A stretch of 64,000 nt of DNA from Spirochaetaceae bacterium (GTDB lineage Bacteria; Spirochaetota; Spirochaetia; DSM-27196; SLAA01), in the NCBI GenBank assembly GCA_003552985.1, contig PUPD01000208.1:4227-68226 (forward strand), read 5' to 3'. Below the pieces are notes generated by a model. The model did no database searches, was not told where the DNA came from, and was given only the letters and a program-made list of their open reading frames with translations. Below, in pieces: positions 46,599 through 55,910 of the stretch (its first letter is position 1; each line of letters begins with the position of its first letter). Both the position numbers and the translations under genes were made by a program.

Positions 46599-47579
46599 AT
46601 GCAGTATCGACAGCTTGGAGTCACCGGGCTCGAGGTTTCGACGGTAGGGTTAGGTGCGTGGGCTATCGGCGGCCCGGGCTACGCGTTCGGATGGGGGCCG
46701 CAGGACGATAAGGACTCGCTCGACACAATATACGCGGCGCTGGACGCCGGGATTAACTGGATCGATACCGCTCCTGTCTACGGCCTCGGGCATTCTGAGG
46801 AGATTGTGGGGCGGGCGCTCGCCGAGCGGCGCGCTGAACCGATCATCTCCACGAAGTGCGGATTGGTCTGGGAGCCGGGGAGCAGCAAGGTACGCAATGA
46901 GCTGTCGGCACGCAGTGTAGAGGCCGAGTGCGAGGCGAGTCTCCGCCGGCTTAAGGTCGAGACAATCGATATCTATCACATCCACTGGCCTATTCCGGAG
47001 GAGCAGATCGAGGAAGCCTGGGAGGCGATCGGCCGCTTGATTCAGGCGGGCAAGGTGCGGTTCGGCGCCGTCTCGAACTTCTCGCGCGAACAGCTCGAGC
47101 GCTGCGGGCGTATCCACCCCGTTTCGGTGCTGCAGCCGCCGTACAGTATGCTTGAACGCGGCATCGAACAGGAGGTGCTGCCGTACTGCTTCGAGCAAAA
47201 GATCGGAGTATGGGCATACAGTCCGCTCCAAAACGGGTTGCTCACCGGCAAGGTGACTCCGGAATGGGTTGCAGCTCTCCCGAAAAGCGACTGGCGACAA
47301 CGGAGCTCTCAGTTCCGGTCACCGGTTTTGGAGGCGAATTTAGAGCTCGTGGAGGGGTTGAGAGAGGTCGCCGCGGAGCTCAATGCTTCGCCGGCGCAGA
47401 TCGCAATCGCATGGGTCCTGCATAATCCGGCCATAGGAGCGGCTATAGTGGGCGCGCGAAAATCGCAGCAGATCAGCGAAACTGCCCCGGCCTCGGATAT
47501 CGAGTTGCCGGATAAGATCATGCAGCGCCTGTCCGGACTGATCGAGGAGCGTGACCGCCGGGTGGCCGCCGGAACTTGA
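46599..47579 (+). CDS. Aldo/keto reductase
   Basis: AKR blocks: GLGAWAIGG, INWIDTAPVYGLGHSEEIVG, IDIYHIHWP, GAVSNFS. Strong RBS gaggagga. Confidence 0.85.
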   Translation: MQYRQLGVTGLEVSTVGLGAWAIGGPGYAFGWGPQDDKDSLDTIYAALDAGINWIDTAPVYGLGHSEEIVGRALAERRAEPIISTKCGLVWEPGSSKVRNELSARSVEAECEASLRRLKVETIDIYHIHWPIPEEQIEEAWEAIGRLIQAGKVRFGAVSNFSREQLERCGRIHPVSVLQPPYSMLERGIEQEVLPYCFEQKIGVWAYSPLQNGLLTGKVTPEWVAALPKSDWRQRSSQFRSPVLEANLELVEGLREVAAELNASPAQIAIAWVLHNPAIGAAIVGARKSQQISETAPASDIELPDKIMQRLSGLIEERDRRVAAGT

Positions 47580-47672
47580 CTTCATTCATCGATTTAGCCA
47601 CCTTAACTGAGTGGAACGAGTTACGCGGCGGGCCGAACTAAGCCCTGCCGTGACAAAAAGGAGAGTGGGGTG

Positions 47673-48623
47673 ATGAAGAGAAAGACGATAGCAGTACTGC
47701 TTGCGGTAGTAATGGGTCTGCTCGTTGCGGACGGGGTGCTCGCCCGGGGCGGTGCCGAGGAGCCGGAACCCGAGAAGGGCCCGGTGGTGGTAGCATCGAA
47801 GATAGATACCGAAGGCGCATTGCTGGGTAGCATGATCGTGCAGCTGTTGAGGGCCGAAGGGTTCGAGGTTGTGGACCGCACCCAGTTCGGTCCGACCGAC
47901 GTGATCAGGCGGGCGATCATCAGTGACGAGATCGACATCTATCCCGAGTATACCGGCAACGGGGGGTTCTTCTTTGAGGGTACCGACAGTGCTGTCTGGC
48001 GTGACGCCGAGTCGGCCTATGAGACGGTGCGCGAGCTGGACCTGGAGGAGAACAACATCGTGTGGCTGCGACCCGCCCCGGCCAATAATACCTGGGCGAT
48101 AGCAGTTCGAGAGGATCTGGCCGAGGTGGAAGGGCTCGTAGATCTCGAGGACCTGGCTGCATATCTCGAGCGTGGCGGCGAGTTCCGGCTGGCCGGTAGC
48201 GAAGAGTTTGTGAGCCGTGATGATGCGCTTCCGGCGTTCGAGTCGGAGTACGGGTTCTCGCTCGACAGTGACCAGCTGCTAGTGCTCTCCGGCGGTGACA
48301 CCGCTGTCACCGCACAGGCAGCCGCGCGCGGCACCGACGGCGTCAACGCGGCGATGGCCTACGGCACCGACGGACAGCTCGCGGCCCTGGGGCTTGTTGT
48401 GCTCGAGGACAGCCGCGGCGTTCAACCCGTCTATGAGCCGGCGCCGATCGTTCGCGCGGAGATTCTGGAACGGTATCCGGAGATCGAGGATATTCTTTAT
48501 CCGGTCTTCGAGTCGTTATCGTTGACTACGTTGCAGCGGCTTAACTCCAAGATTGCGGTAGAGGGCCGTGACGCGGAAAGCGTAGCGCGTGAGTATCTGC
48601 AGGAACAGGGACTGCTGCAGTGA
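47673..48623 (+). CDS. Osmoprotectant (glycine betaine/choline family) ABC substrate-binding protein, YehZ/OsmF-OpuBC-like
   Basis: A signal peptide, then VVVASKIDTEGALLGSMIVQLL...EIDIYPEYTGNG. I prefer ATG 47673 to the adjacent GTG 47670. Confidence 0.7.
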   Translation: MKRKTIAVLLAVVMGLLVADGVLARGGAEEPEPEKGPVVVASKIDTEGALLGSMIVQLLRAEGFEVVDRTQFGPTDVIRRAIISDEIDIYPEYTGNGGFFFEGTDSAVWRDAESAYETVRELDLEENNIVWLRPAPANNTWAIAVREDLAEVEGLVDLEDLAAYLERGGEFRLAGSEEFVSRDDALPAFESEYGFSLDSDQLLVLSGGDTAVTAQAAARGTDGVNAAMAYGTDGQLAALGLVVLEDSRGVQPVYEPAPIVRAEILERYPEIEDILYPVFESLSLTTLQRLNSKIAVEGRDAESVAREYLQEQGLLQ

Positions 48624-49804
48624 TTGATCGGGGCCTCGGTGCTGATCTCGAGAAGACGACGCTGCTTGGGGCGGTCTTGGCGACGGTCACGCTGCTGCGG
48701 CCGCTGTTTGCGTTCAAGGAAAACCGAGTGGCCCTCGGCGAGCCGGTGATGCTGCCTGAAGCCGGGGGCGTGTGGGTGACGGGCGTCATAGCGGGCCTTG
48801 TTCTGGCCGCAGGGCTGTTGTCTTTTGCGCCCCAGGTCAATCGCGTGCGTTGGGCCAAAATCAGCATCGGGATGCTGCTGTTTGCTACACTGGTGATCAC
48901 CTTGGGGCTTTCGGGTAGTCAGGCGGTGGCCGGCATGGAGTTCGCGCGCATAACCCCGTCAACCGGATTCTGGGTTGGGGTGTTGGCGAGCTTCGTACTC
49001 GTTCAGGGCTCGCTGCACAGCGCACCGGTCTCGCACCTCGTACGCAGCGTCGTCGTGCTGATCCCGTTCCTAATCGTGCTGATTCTGCTCGCCGCCGGTG
49101 TGCTCGACAGCCTCGCTCCGGTACAGGAGTATTATACCCGTGAGAGTAGATTCGTAAGCGAGCTCGGTGCGCACTTATGGCTCTCGGGTGTGGCAGTGCT
49201 TGCCGCATCGATGACCGGAGTACCGCTCGGAATCCTGGCATATAGACGACGCATGGCTGAGCGACCGGTATTCGCAGCGGTCAACGGCATACAGACGATT
49301 CCAAGCCTGGCGTTGTTCGGTCTGATGATCGCGCCCCTGGCGTATCTATCGCGCGAGTTTCCGGTTCTTCGGAGCCTCGGTATTCGCGGGATAGGAAACG
49401 CACCGGCGCTGATCGCGTTGACGTTGTACGCGCTGTTGCCGGTCGTCCGCAACGCGTATACGAGCCTCGCCGTGATCCGGGGGTCGGTGATTGACGCCGG
49501 TAAAGGGATGGGGATGAGCCGCGCTCAGATGCTGCGGTTTGTTGAGGTTCCGATAGCGGTGCCGATCATATTGAGCGGAGTACGGGTTTCAACGGTGCAG
49601 GCGATCGGTAACACCGCGGTCGCGGCGTTGATCGGGGCAGGGGGGCTCGGGACCTTCGTGTTTCAGGGCCTTGGGCAGGGGGCTCCTGATCTCGTGGTGA
49701 TGGGCGTGATCCCAATCGTGTTGCTGTCGGTATTCGTGGACCGGAGTCTCGCGGTGGTGATTCGAGTGCTCACTCCTCGGGGACTCAAGGGGGCCCCGTC
49801 ATGA
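48620..49804 (+). CDS. ABC permease, long form (YehY-like, with an extra N-terminal TM domain)
   Basis: The GTG start overlaps the preceding stop. The C-terminal half has the BPD-transporter EAA-type loop (IDAGKGMGMSRAQMLRFVEVP). The N-terminal ~180 aa is additional hydrophobic sequence. Confidence 0.7.
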   Translation: MIDRGLGADLEKTTLLGAVLATVTLLRPLFAFKENRVALGEPVMLPEAGGVWVTGVIAGLVLAAGLLSFAPQVNRVRWAKISIGMLLFATLVITLGLSGSQAVAGMEFARITPSTGFWVGVLASFVLVQGSLHSAPVSHLVRSVVVLIPFLIVLILLAAGVLDSLAPVQEYYTRESRFVSELGAHLWLSGVAVLAASMTGVPLGILAYRRRMAERPVFAAVNGIQTIPSLALFGLMIAPLAYLSREFPVLRSLGIRGIGNAPALIALTLYALLPVVRNAYTSLAVIRGSVIDAGKGMGMSRAQMLRFVEVPIAVPIILSGVRVSTVQAIGNTAVAALIGAGGLGTFVFQGLGQGAPDLVVMGVIPIVLLSVFVDRSLAVVIRVLTPRGLKGAPS

Positions 49805-50910
49805 TCGAGTTCCGGAACGTAGTCAAGCACTACGGCGGTCAGACCGCTGTAGATAGTGTTTCGTTCAGCATCGCGCGAGCCGAGGTGTGCGTTCTGATCG
49901 GGCCTTCGGGCTGCGGGAAGACTACGACACTGAAGCTGATCAACCGGATGCTCGAGCCGAGCTCGGGCGAGGTGTTGCTCGACGGATACCCGGTTGCAAG
50001 CTTTGAGCCCGAGGAGCTGCGTCGTGGTATCGGGTATGTTATTCAAAGCGTCGGCCTGTTTCCCCATATGAGCGTGGCGGAAAACGTCGGCATCGTCCCC
50101 CGCTTGGTGAAGTGGGAGCGCTCGCGGCGAGAAAGGCGCACCGACGAGCTGCTGGATCTGATCGGTCTGGACCCGGCCCAGTATCGGCGGAAGTATCCGT
50201 CCGAGCTGTCCGGCGGTGAAGCTCAGCGAGTCGGCGTGGCGCGGGCGTTGGCTGCCGACCCGCCGGTGCTGCTGATGGACGAGCCGTTCGGCGCGGTAGA
50301 CCCGCTCAATCGCGAGACCCTGCAGCTGGAGTTTGCGGCTCTGCAGCGCAAACTGCGCAAGACGGTCGTGTTCGTGACGCATGATCTCGACGAAGCAATC
50401 AGGTTGGCGGACCACGTAGTGATCATGCGTGAAGGCAGAATTCTCCAACACGATCAGCCGGCGCAGGTGCTTGCCAGTCCGGCTAATGAGTTCGTGCGCC
50501 AGTTCGTTGGTGTCGACCGCGCGTTGAAGCGGTTGGCATGTTTTGAGGTCGGCGATCACATGAAACGAGCGGAAACGATTACGCGTGAAGAGTCGCGCAA
50601 TCGCCTGAACGAGCCGAACGGCGACGGAGGGTATCATCCAATTCTGTGGGTGACCAATCGTGATCAGGCCCTCGTAGGGATGCTCGAGCCCGAGCTCAAT
50701 CGGCGTTCCCCGTTGGCGTACCGGCCCTATGTGGAGTTGCATCCGGCTGAGGTCGGCGTTCGGCCGGCCGCATCGCTGCGCGAAGCGTTGTCACGTATTC
50801 TCGGACAGGGGCTGCGTGCGGTTCCGGTTATCAATGACGAGGGACGAGTGCTCGGTGAAGTGCGTCTGAGCGATATCGAGGAGCTGAATCAGACGGGGAT
50901 AACTCGGTGA
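49801..50910 (+). CDS. ABC ATP-binding protein with a C-terminal CBS-like pair (YehX/OpuBA-like)
   Basis: Walker A GPSGCGKTT, signature LSGGEAQRVGVARAL, Walker B LLMDEPFGAVD. The C-terminal ~110 aa is CBS-like (AVPVINDEGRVLGEVRLSDI). Confidence 0.8.
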   Translation: MIEFRNVVKHYGGQTAVDSVSFSIARAEVCVLIGPSGCGKTTTLKLINRMLEPSSGEVLLDGYPVASFEPEELRRGIGYVIQSVGLFPHMSVAENVGIVPRLVKWERSRRERRTDELLDLIGLDPAQYRRKYPSELSGGEAQRVGVARALAADPPVLLMDEPFGAVDPLNRETLQLEFAALQRKLRKTVVFVTHDLDEAIRLADHVVIMREGRILQHDQPAQVLASPANEFVRQFVGVDRALKRLACFEVGDHMKRAETITREESRNRLNEPNGDGGYHPILWVTNRDQALVGMLEPELNRRSPLAYRPYVELHPAEVGVRPAASLREALSRILGQGLRAVPVINDEGRVLGEVRLSDIEELNQTGITR

Positions 50911-51647
50911 AGAGAATCGGTGCGTTTGTGTTGCCGGTGCTGCTCGTGGCGGGATTCTCGGTGTTTGTGTGGAGTGAAGGGGTGCGCGAGCTGGTACTGC
51001 GCAGCATGTTTCCGGGCCGGATAAGCTACATTTACGAGAGAGTCACCCTGGCACGCTTGCTGTCTCAGCATGTGGCGCTCGTTGCGGTCTCGAGTGGGCT
51101 CGCCGCGGCGGTGGGAGTCGCGCTCGGCGTTTTTGTCACCCGACCGATTGGGCGCGATTTTCACCCGATTGTGCAGGATATCAGTTCGGTCGCTCAGACC
51201 TTTCCTCCGGTAGCGGTGCTGGCGCTTGCCGTTCCGGCGATCGGTTTCGGGTTTGCTCCCTCTATTGTGGCGCTGTTCGTCTATAGCATTCTTCCGGTGA
51301 TCAACAACACCATTTCGGGGCTCGATTCGGTCGATCCCGCCGTGATTGAGGCGTCACGCGGGATGGGGATGAAGCGAGGTCAGATCCTGTGGTTGACCGA
51401 GCTGCCGCTGGCGGCGCGCGTCATCTTCGCCGGGATTCGTACCTCGCTGGTAATCAACATAGGCACCGCGACGGTCGGCGCGGTTGTGGGGGCGGGAGGG
51501 CTCGGCACGGTAATCGTCTCCGGGTTGGTACGCGACAACTCGGCTTACGTGTTTACCGGTGCCGCGACGGCCGCGTTCTTGGCTTTCGGATTGGATTTCG
51601 TGATCGGCAGGATACAAAACAGGCTCTATGATGCTCGCAGCGACTGA
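50907..51647 (+). CDS. ABC permease, short form (YehW/OpuBD-like)
   Basis: GTGA overlap with the ATPase gene. EAA-type loop: IEASRGMGMKRGQILWLTELP. Confidence 0.75.
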   Translation: MKRIGAFVLPVLLVAGFSVFVWSEGVRELVLRSMFPGRISYIYERVTLARLLSQHVALVAVSSGLAAAVGVALGVFVTRPIGRDFHPIVQDISSVAQTFPPVAVLALAVPAIGFGFAPSIVALFVYSILPVINNTISGLDSVDPAVIEASRGMGMKRGQILWLTELPLAARVIFAGIRTSLVINIGTATVGAVVGAGGLGTVIVSGLVRDNSAYVFTGAATAAFLAFGLDFVIGRIQNRLYDARSD

Positions 51648-51710
51648 TCTGCGGTATGGAAACGTGGACATCGCGACTAGCGGCTGGTAATATGAAAGAC
51701 AGAGTATGCA

Positions 51711-52778
51711 ATGGCCGACAAAGCGGCCGCGCTACGCGCGTACCGGCCGAAGCCCGCAGCGAGGGCGTCGATGAATAGGGTTGATCCGGCTCCGGCTCAG
51801 CTCCTAAAGCGGATCGAGGCGTTTGCTGATCTTGGCGCTGATGAGCTTGAGTTGCTGGGGCGCTATTGCGAGCTTGGGTACTATTCGAGCGGAGAGACGG
51901 TCTTCTCGGTCGGTTCGCAGGGTGAGCAGCTGTTCATAGTCGTTGAGGGAGAGGCGGTCGTTTCAACCCACGACAGTCACGGCCGCGTGCGCGAGGTCGC
52001 GCGGTATGTTGCCGGTGAAGCGTTCGGCGAGCTCGAGTTGTTCAGCAATACCGTCCGGACCGTCTCAGCACGGTGTGCCCGTGACGCCCGCCTGCTCGTT
52101 TTTCCCCGGCGGGATCTTCCCTTCCCTACGCTGATCGAAAAGCATCCGGAGGTGTTCGTACGGGTGCTGCACCGCTTCATTACCGTGGTAGCGTCGCGCA
52201 TTCGAGCGTTGACCGAGCAAGTCGCCGAGAGCTCACCGTATATTCGGCAGCTCAGGACGCAGGTCTTTCTAGATACGCTGACCGGTGCCTACAACCGGGC
52301 GTATCTGAGTGAGGCTGCCCGGCTGTTCGAATCATCCGCTTCTCCCGGAGGCGCGCTGCTTATGGTGAAGCCGGACAACTTCAAGGCCGTTAACGACACC
52401 TACGGACATGAGGGCGGCGATGCAGCGCTGCGTTATTTTGCCGAGGTTCTCATGACGGCAATTCCGTCGAGCGCAGTTGCGTTGCGTTACCGGGGAAACG
52501 AGTTCTGCGTTGTTTGCCCTGGACTGGGGGCGGAGGCTGCCAAAGCTCTCGCGGAGCGGGTTCGGCGGACAATCGGAGGGCTGGATTTCAGCGCACGGCT
52601 GGGCGGTGGTAGCGTGTATCTCACCGTGAGTATCGGTATCGGGTTACAGCCAACCCATGGCCTCGCGGTGGACGAGTTGATTGCAGCGGCACACGCAACA
52701 ATGTTCGCGGTGCGGAATGCGGGCGGAGATCGGGCTGCGGTGGCCGGGGAGGAAGGGAACGGGGATGAAGACCGTTGA
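51711..52778 (+). CDS. cNMP-binding domain plus degenerate GGDEF domain protein (RGNEF in place of GGDEF)
   Basis: cNMP block: FGELELFSNTVRTVSA. GGDEF-domain blocks: DTLTGAYNRAYL and FKAVNDTYGHEGGDAAL. The active-site pentapeptide reads RGNEF (nt 52491..52505), and the upstream acidic pair reads KPD instead of DxD. Confidence 0.75.
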   Translation: MADKAAALRAYRPKPAARASMNRVDPAPAQLLKRIEAFADLGADELELLGRYCELGYYSSGETVFSVGSQGEQLFIVVEGEAVVSTHDSHGRVREVARYVAGEAFGELELFSNTVRTVSARCARDARLLVFPRRDLPFPTLIEKHPEVFVRVLHRFITVVASRIRALTEQVAESSPYIRQLRTQVFLDTLTGAYNRAYLSEAARLFESSASPGGALLMVKPDNFKAVNDTYGHEGGDAALRYFAEVLMTAIPSSAVALRYRGNEFCVVCPGLGAEAAKALAERVRRTIGGLDFSARLGGGSVYLTVSIGIGLQPTHGLAVDELIAAAHATMFAVRNAGGDRAAVAGEEGNGDEDR

Positions 52779-53736
52779 GTTCCTTTCCTCGGTACGAATC
52801 TTCAGTGATTTGACCCTCGCCGAACGTGAAGTGCTCGTCCGCTCGCTTCGTCCTGTCGCCTTACATGCCGGTGAAGTATTGTTCCGCCAAGGAGATCCGG
52901 GTGACGAGCTATACGTCGTGCAGTCGGGGCGTGTGCTGATCTCATTGTCGCCGGTTAACGGCGACCTGATCGAAATACAACGCTTCGGCTCGGGAGAGTT
53001 CTTCGGTGAGATGTCGATCTTTGAAGACGATTCCCGATCGGCCGATTGCAGTGCGATTGAGCCGACTGAGCTGTTGGCCTTGCCGAAGAACGATTTCTTC
53101 GCATTCATGGACACTCATCCGCGGGCAGCTATACGGGTTATGTACCGCATGTTGCAGGCGACCACGCGTTGGCTGGCGAGCATCAGTAAGTTTCACGCCG
53201 AGCGAGTAGCCTGGAGCGAGTCCGCACGCCGGCGGTCGGTGACGGATCAACTGACGGGTCTCTACAATCGCGGTTATCTCGACCACGCTCTGGACGAGAT
53301 GGTTTTGCAGGCCCGAGTGACCGGGGCGCCGTTATGCATGATCATGCTCGATCTGGACCAGTTCAACGACATCAACGAGCGGGCGGGCCACCCCGCCGGT
53401 GACGGAGTGCTTGTGAATCAGATTGCACCGCTCCTGCGCTCGGTGTTTCGACCGAACGACCTGGTTGCCCGCTATGGGGGCGATGAGTTCGTCGTTCTGC
53501 TGCCCGCAACCACTCTGGAGGAGGCGTTTGGGTTGGCGGAACGCGTGCGCAGCCTGATCGACGACCTCGACCGGCTTGGGGAGGGGCTTCCATGGCTGAC
53601 TGGCAGTCTGGGAGTTGCGAGCTTTCCGCTCCACGCGGTCGAGGCCCGGGAGCTGCGCGAGTGTGCGGATCAGGCCCTCTATCTGGCGAAACGGCGCGGA
53701 CGCAACCGGGTGGAGATCTGGGAACCGCAGGCGTAG
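52765..53736 (+). CDS. cNMP-binding domain plus intact GGDEF diguanylate cyclase with an RxxD I-site
   Basis: ATG 52765 follows a ggaggaaggg RBS and overlaps the upstream stop by 14 nt. cNMP block: FGEMSIFEDDSRSADCSA. GGDEF blocks: DQLTGLYNRGYL, MLDLDQFNDINERAGHPAGD and the pentapeptide GGDEF (nt 53476..53490). RPND (nt 53449..53460) lies five residues upstream of GGDEF. Confidence 0.8.
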   Translation: MKTVEFLSSVRIFSDLTLAEREVLVRSLRPVALHAGEVLFRQGDPGDELYVVQSGRVLISLSPVNGDLIEIQRFGSGEFFGEMSIFEDDSRSADCSAIEPTELLALPKNDFFAFMDTHPRAAIRVMYRMLQATTRWLASISKFHAERVAWSESARRRSVTDQLTGLYNRGYLDHALDEMVLQARVTGAPLCMIMLDLDQFNDINERAGHPAGDGVLVNQIAPLLRSVFRPNDLVARYGGDEFVVLLPATTLEEAFGLAERVRSLIDDLDRLGEGLPWLTGSLGVASFPLHAVEARELRECADQALYLAKRRGRNRVEIWEPQA

Positions 53737-53777
53737 CGCACGGCGACACCGAGCTCCGCCGATGCGGTTAGGGCTCC

Positions 53778-53966
53778 CTATGCTCGGATATCGATGTTCC
53801 GTCCGAGCGCCGGGTCATCAACCGGTTGCGCTTCGGCTTGCGGTGCCTGTTGGGCCGCCGCCGCGTTCTCCGGATTGGCGGTTTCCTGCTCGGCTGCCGG
53901 TTCGGCGCCGGTGACCGCATACTCAACCACTGGATATGCACCAGTATCTACCTGTGCCACGTCCAT
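53778..53966 (-). CDS. Small (62 aa) acidic Ala/Gln/Pro/Glu-rich protein of unknown function
   Basis: ATG 53966 is preceded by GGAGGA (complement of 53973..53978) and by a near-consensus promoter. Sequence: MDVAQVDTGAYPVVEYAVTGAEPAAEQETANPENAAAAQQAPQAEAQPVDDPALGRNIDIRA. Confidence 0.45.
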   Translation of the reverse strand: MDVAQVDTGAYPVVEYAVTGAEPAAEQETANPENAAAAQQAPQAEAQPVDDPALGRNIDIRA

Positions 53967-53986
53967 TCGGCTTCCTCCGTATGCAG

Positions 53987-54016
53987 AATATATGGGCAGT
54001 TCAGGAGAGAGGTCAA
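53987..54016 (-). promoter_or_regulatory. Candidate strong sigma70-type promoter (TTGACC-18-TATATT) for the 62-aa gene
   Basis: On the minus strand the -35 is the complement of 54011..54016 and the -10 the complement of 53987..53992. Confidence 0.45.
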
Positions 54017-54114
54017 ACGCCGCGGCGCCGGAAACAGCGGCTCGGAGTAGTCATGCGCGGTTGTTGGTGTCGGTCGGTTGTGTATATCATGGAGCGAGTC
54101 TGCAATCCACGGAG

Positions 54115-54143
54115 TTGACGCCGTGGTTAGTACATTGTAATTT
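54115..54143 (+). promoter_or_regulatory. Candidate sigma70-type promoter for trxB (TTGACG-17-TAATTT)
   Basis: Hexamers at 54115..54120 and 54138..54143, set in an unusually AT-rich stretch. Confidence 0.4.
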
Positions 54144-54179
54144 TAATATATAGTTTTGCAATCAAGTGAGGATGCGCCA

Positions 54180-55142
54180 ATGACACAGGAAAGCGTAGAG
54201 AACGTAGTGATTATCGGCTCCGGTCCGGCCGGGCATACCGCGGCGGTGTACGCTGCCCGTGCCGACCTTGCGCCGTTGATGTACGAGGGGTTCATGGCCG
54301 GGAATGTTGCTGCCGGGGGGCAGCTTACAACCACCACCGACGTCGAGAACTATCCCGGGTTTCCGGAGGGTATTCAAGGACCGGAGCTGATGGATCAAAT
54401 GCGGAAGCAGTCCACGCGCTTCGGTACCCGGATTAAGACCGAAACAATCGCGAAGGTTGACCTGTCTGAAAGACCGTTCCGCGCCTGGACCGAGAGCGGG
54501 ACCGAGGTAAAAGCGCACAGCCTGATTATCGCGACCGGCGCAACCGCTAAGACGCTGGATCTGCCGGGGGTCGACCGGCTATGGCAGAAGGGTATATCGG
54601 CATGCGCGATCTGCGACGGGGCGCTTCCCATCTTCCGCCAGAAACCGCTTGTCGTGGTGGGTGGGGGTGATTCGGCCTGTGAAGAATCGCTCTACCTTTC
54701 CAAGTTCGGGAGTGAGATTCACATGCTGGTGCGCCGTGATCAAATGCGGGCGTCCCGGATTATGCAACAGCGAGTACACGACAATCCGAAGATAACAGTT
54801 CACTGGAATACGCTGCCGGAGGAGGTGCTTGGTAATGAGCTCGTAAGCGGCGTTCGGGTTAAGGACAAGCACACCGGTGAGCTGCGCGACCTCGACGCCG
54901 GTGGCCTGTTCTTCGCTATCGGGCATCAACCGAATACCACATTTCTAGATGGGCAGCTCGAAATGGACGAGGTGGGCTACGTGATCACGGCTCCCGATTC
55001 GACGCGGACTTCGGTGGAAGGCGTCTTCGCCTGCGGCGACGTAAAGGACAAGGTCTATCGGCAGGCGGTAACCGCGGCGGGTTCCGGGTGTATGGCGGCG
55101 ATCGAAGCCGAGCGTTGGCTAGCCGAGCAAGCCGGTAACTGA
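54180..55142 (+). CDS. trxB: Thioredoxin-disulfide reductase
   Basis: The track start at 54156 is a TTG; ATG 54180 follows gtgagga. FAD motif [19 protein letters not shown], redox-active CAICDG, NADPH motif [11 protein letters not shown]. Confidence 0.9.
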   Translation: MTQESVENVVIIGSGPAGHTAAVYAARADLAPLMYEGFMAGNVAAGGQLTTTTDVENYPGFPEGIQGPELMDQMRKQSTRFGTRIKTETIAKVDLSERPFRAWTESGTEVKAHSLIIATGATAKTLDLPGVDRLWQKGISACAICDGALPIFRQKPLVVVGGGDSACEESLYLSKFGSEIHMLVRRDQMRASRIMQQRVHDNPKITVHWNTLPEEVLGNELVSGVRVKDKHTGELRDLDAGGLFFAIGHQPNTTFLDGQLEMDEVGYVITAPDSTRTSVEGVFACGDVKDKVYRQAVTAAGSGCMAAIEAERWLAEQAGN

Positions 55143-55220
55143 CCACGCCAACAGCGTGCGTGTCGGTTGACCGACCCTCGGGCGGTTGTATACCTTGGGA
55201 GATTCCATTAGACTGCAGGC

Positions 55221-55889
55221 ATGCCGCAGAACGTGCAGGCCTTCATTTTTGATCTCGACGGTGTCGTTGTTTTCACCGACAAGTACCATTATCTCGGGTG
55301 GAAGAAACTCGCGGATGACCAGGGTTGGGAGCTTGACGAGTATCTCGGCCATCAGTTGCGCGGTGTATCGCGAATTCCCGCGCTTGAGATCATTCTTGAG
55401 CACAATGGCGTGGAACTGTTGGAGGAAGAAAAACACCGTCTGGCGGACATCAAGAACGAGTATTATAGGGCGTTCCTGCAGGACATAAGCACGAACGATC
55501 TGTACCCGGGGGCTGTTGAGCTCATCAAGGCGGTGCGTGAACGGGGAGTCAGGACGGCGCTCGCTTCGGCCAGCAAGAACGCCGGTACGGTGCTTGATGC
55601 GTTGGGGCTTACGCTGTTATTCGATGCCGTCGTGACCGGGAACGACATCAGCCGATCAAAGCCGGATCCTGAAGTGTTCCTGATATCTGCCGAGCGGCTT
55701 GGGGTTTCCCCTGAACGCTGCCTGGTATTCGAAGACGCATACAGCGGTATCGAGGCCGCGATCAATGCCGGTATGCACGCAGTGGGCGTCGGTGATCGCG
55801 AACGCTTACCGAACGCACCGCTCTGTGTCACCGACTACGGAGAGCTGGCGCTGGATGACCTCATCGCTCGCGGCACCGGCACACCATAA
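55221..55889 (+). CDS. pgmB: HAD-superfamily beta-phosphoglucomutase-like hydrolase
   Basis: HAD motif I FIFDLDGVV; further blocks ALASASKN and SKPDPEVFL...VFEDAYSGIEAAINAGM. Confidence 0.65.
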   Translation: MPQNVQAFIFDLDGVVVFTDKYHYLGWKKLADDQGWELDEYLGHQLRGVSRIPALEIILEHNGVELLEEEKHRLADIKNEYYRAFLQDISTNDLYPGAVELIKAVRERGVRTALASASKNAGTVLDALGLTLLFDAVVTGNDISRSKPDPEVFLISAERLGVSPERCLVFEDAYSGIEAAINAGMHAVGVGDRERLPNAPLCVTDYGELALDDLIARGTGTP

Positions 55890-55910
55890 GCGGCACCCCT
55901 GAGTTTGACT

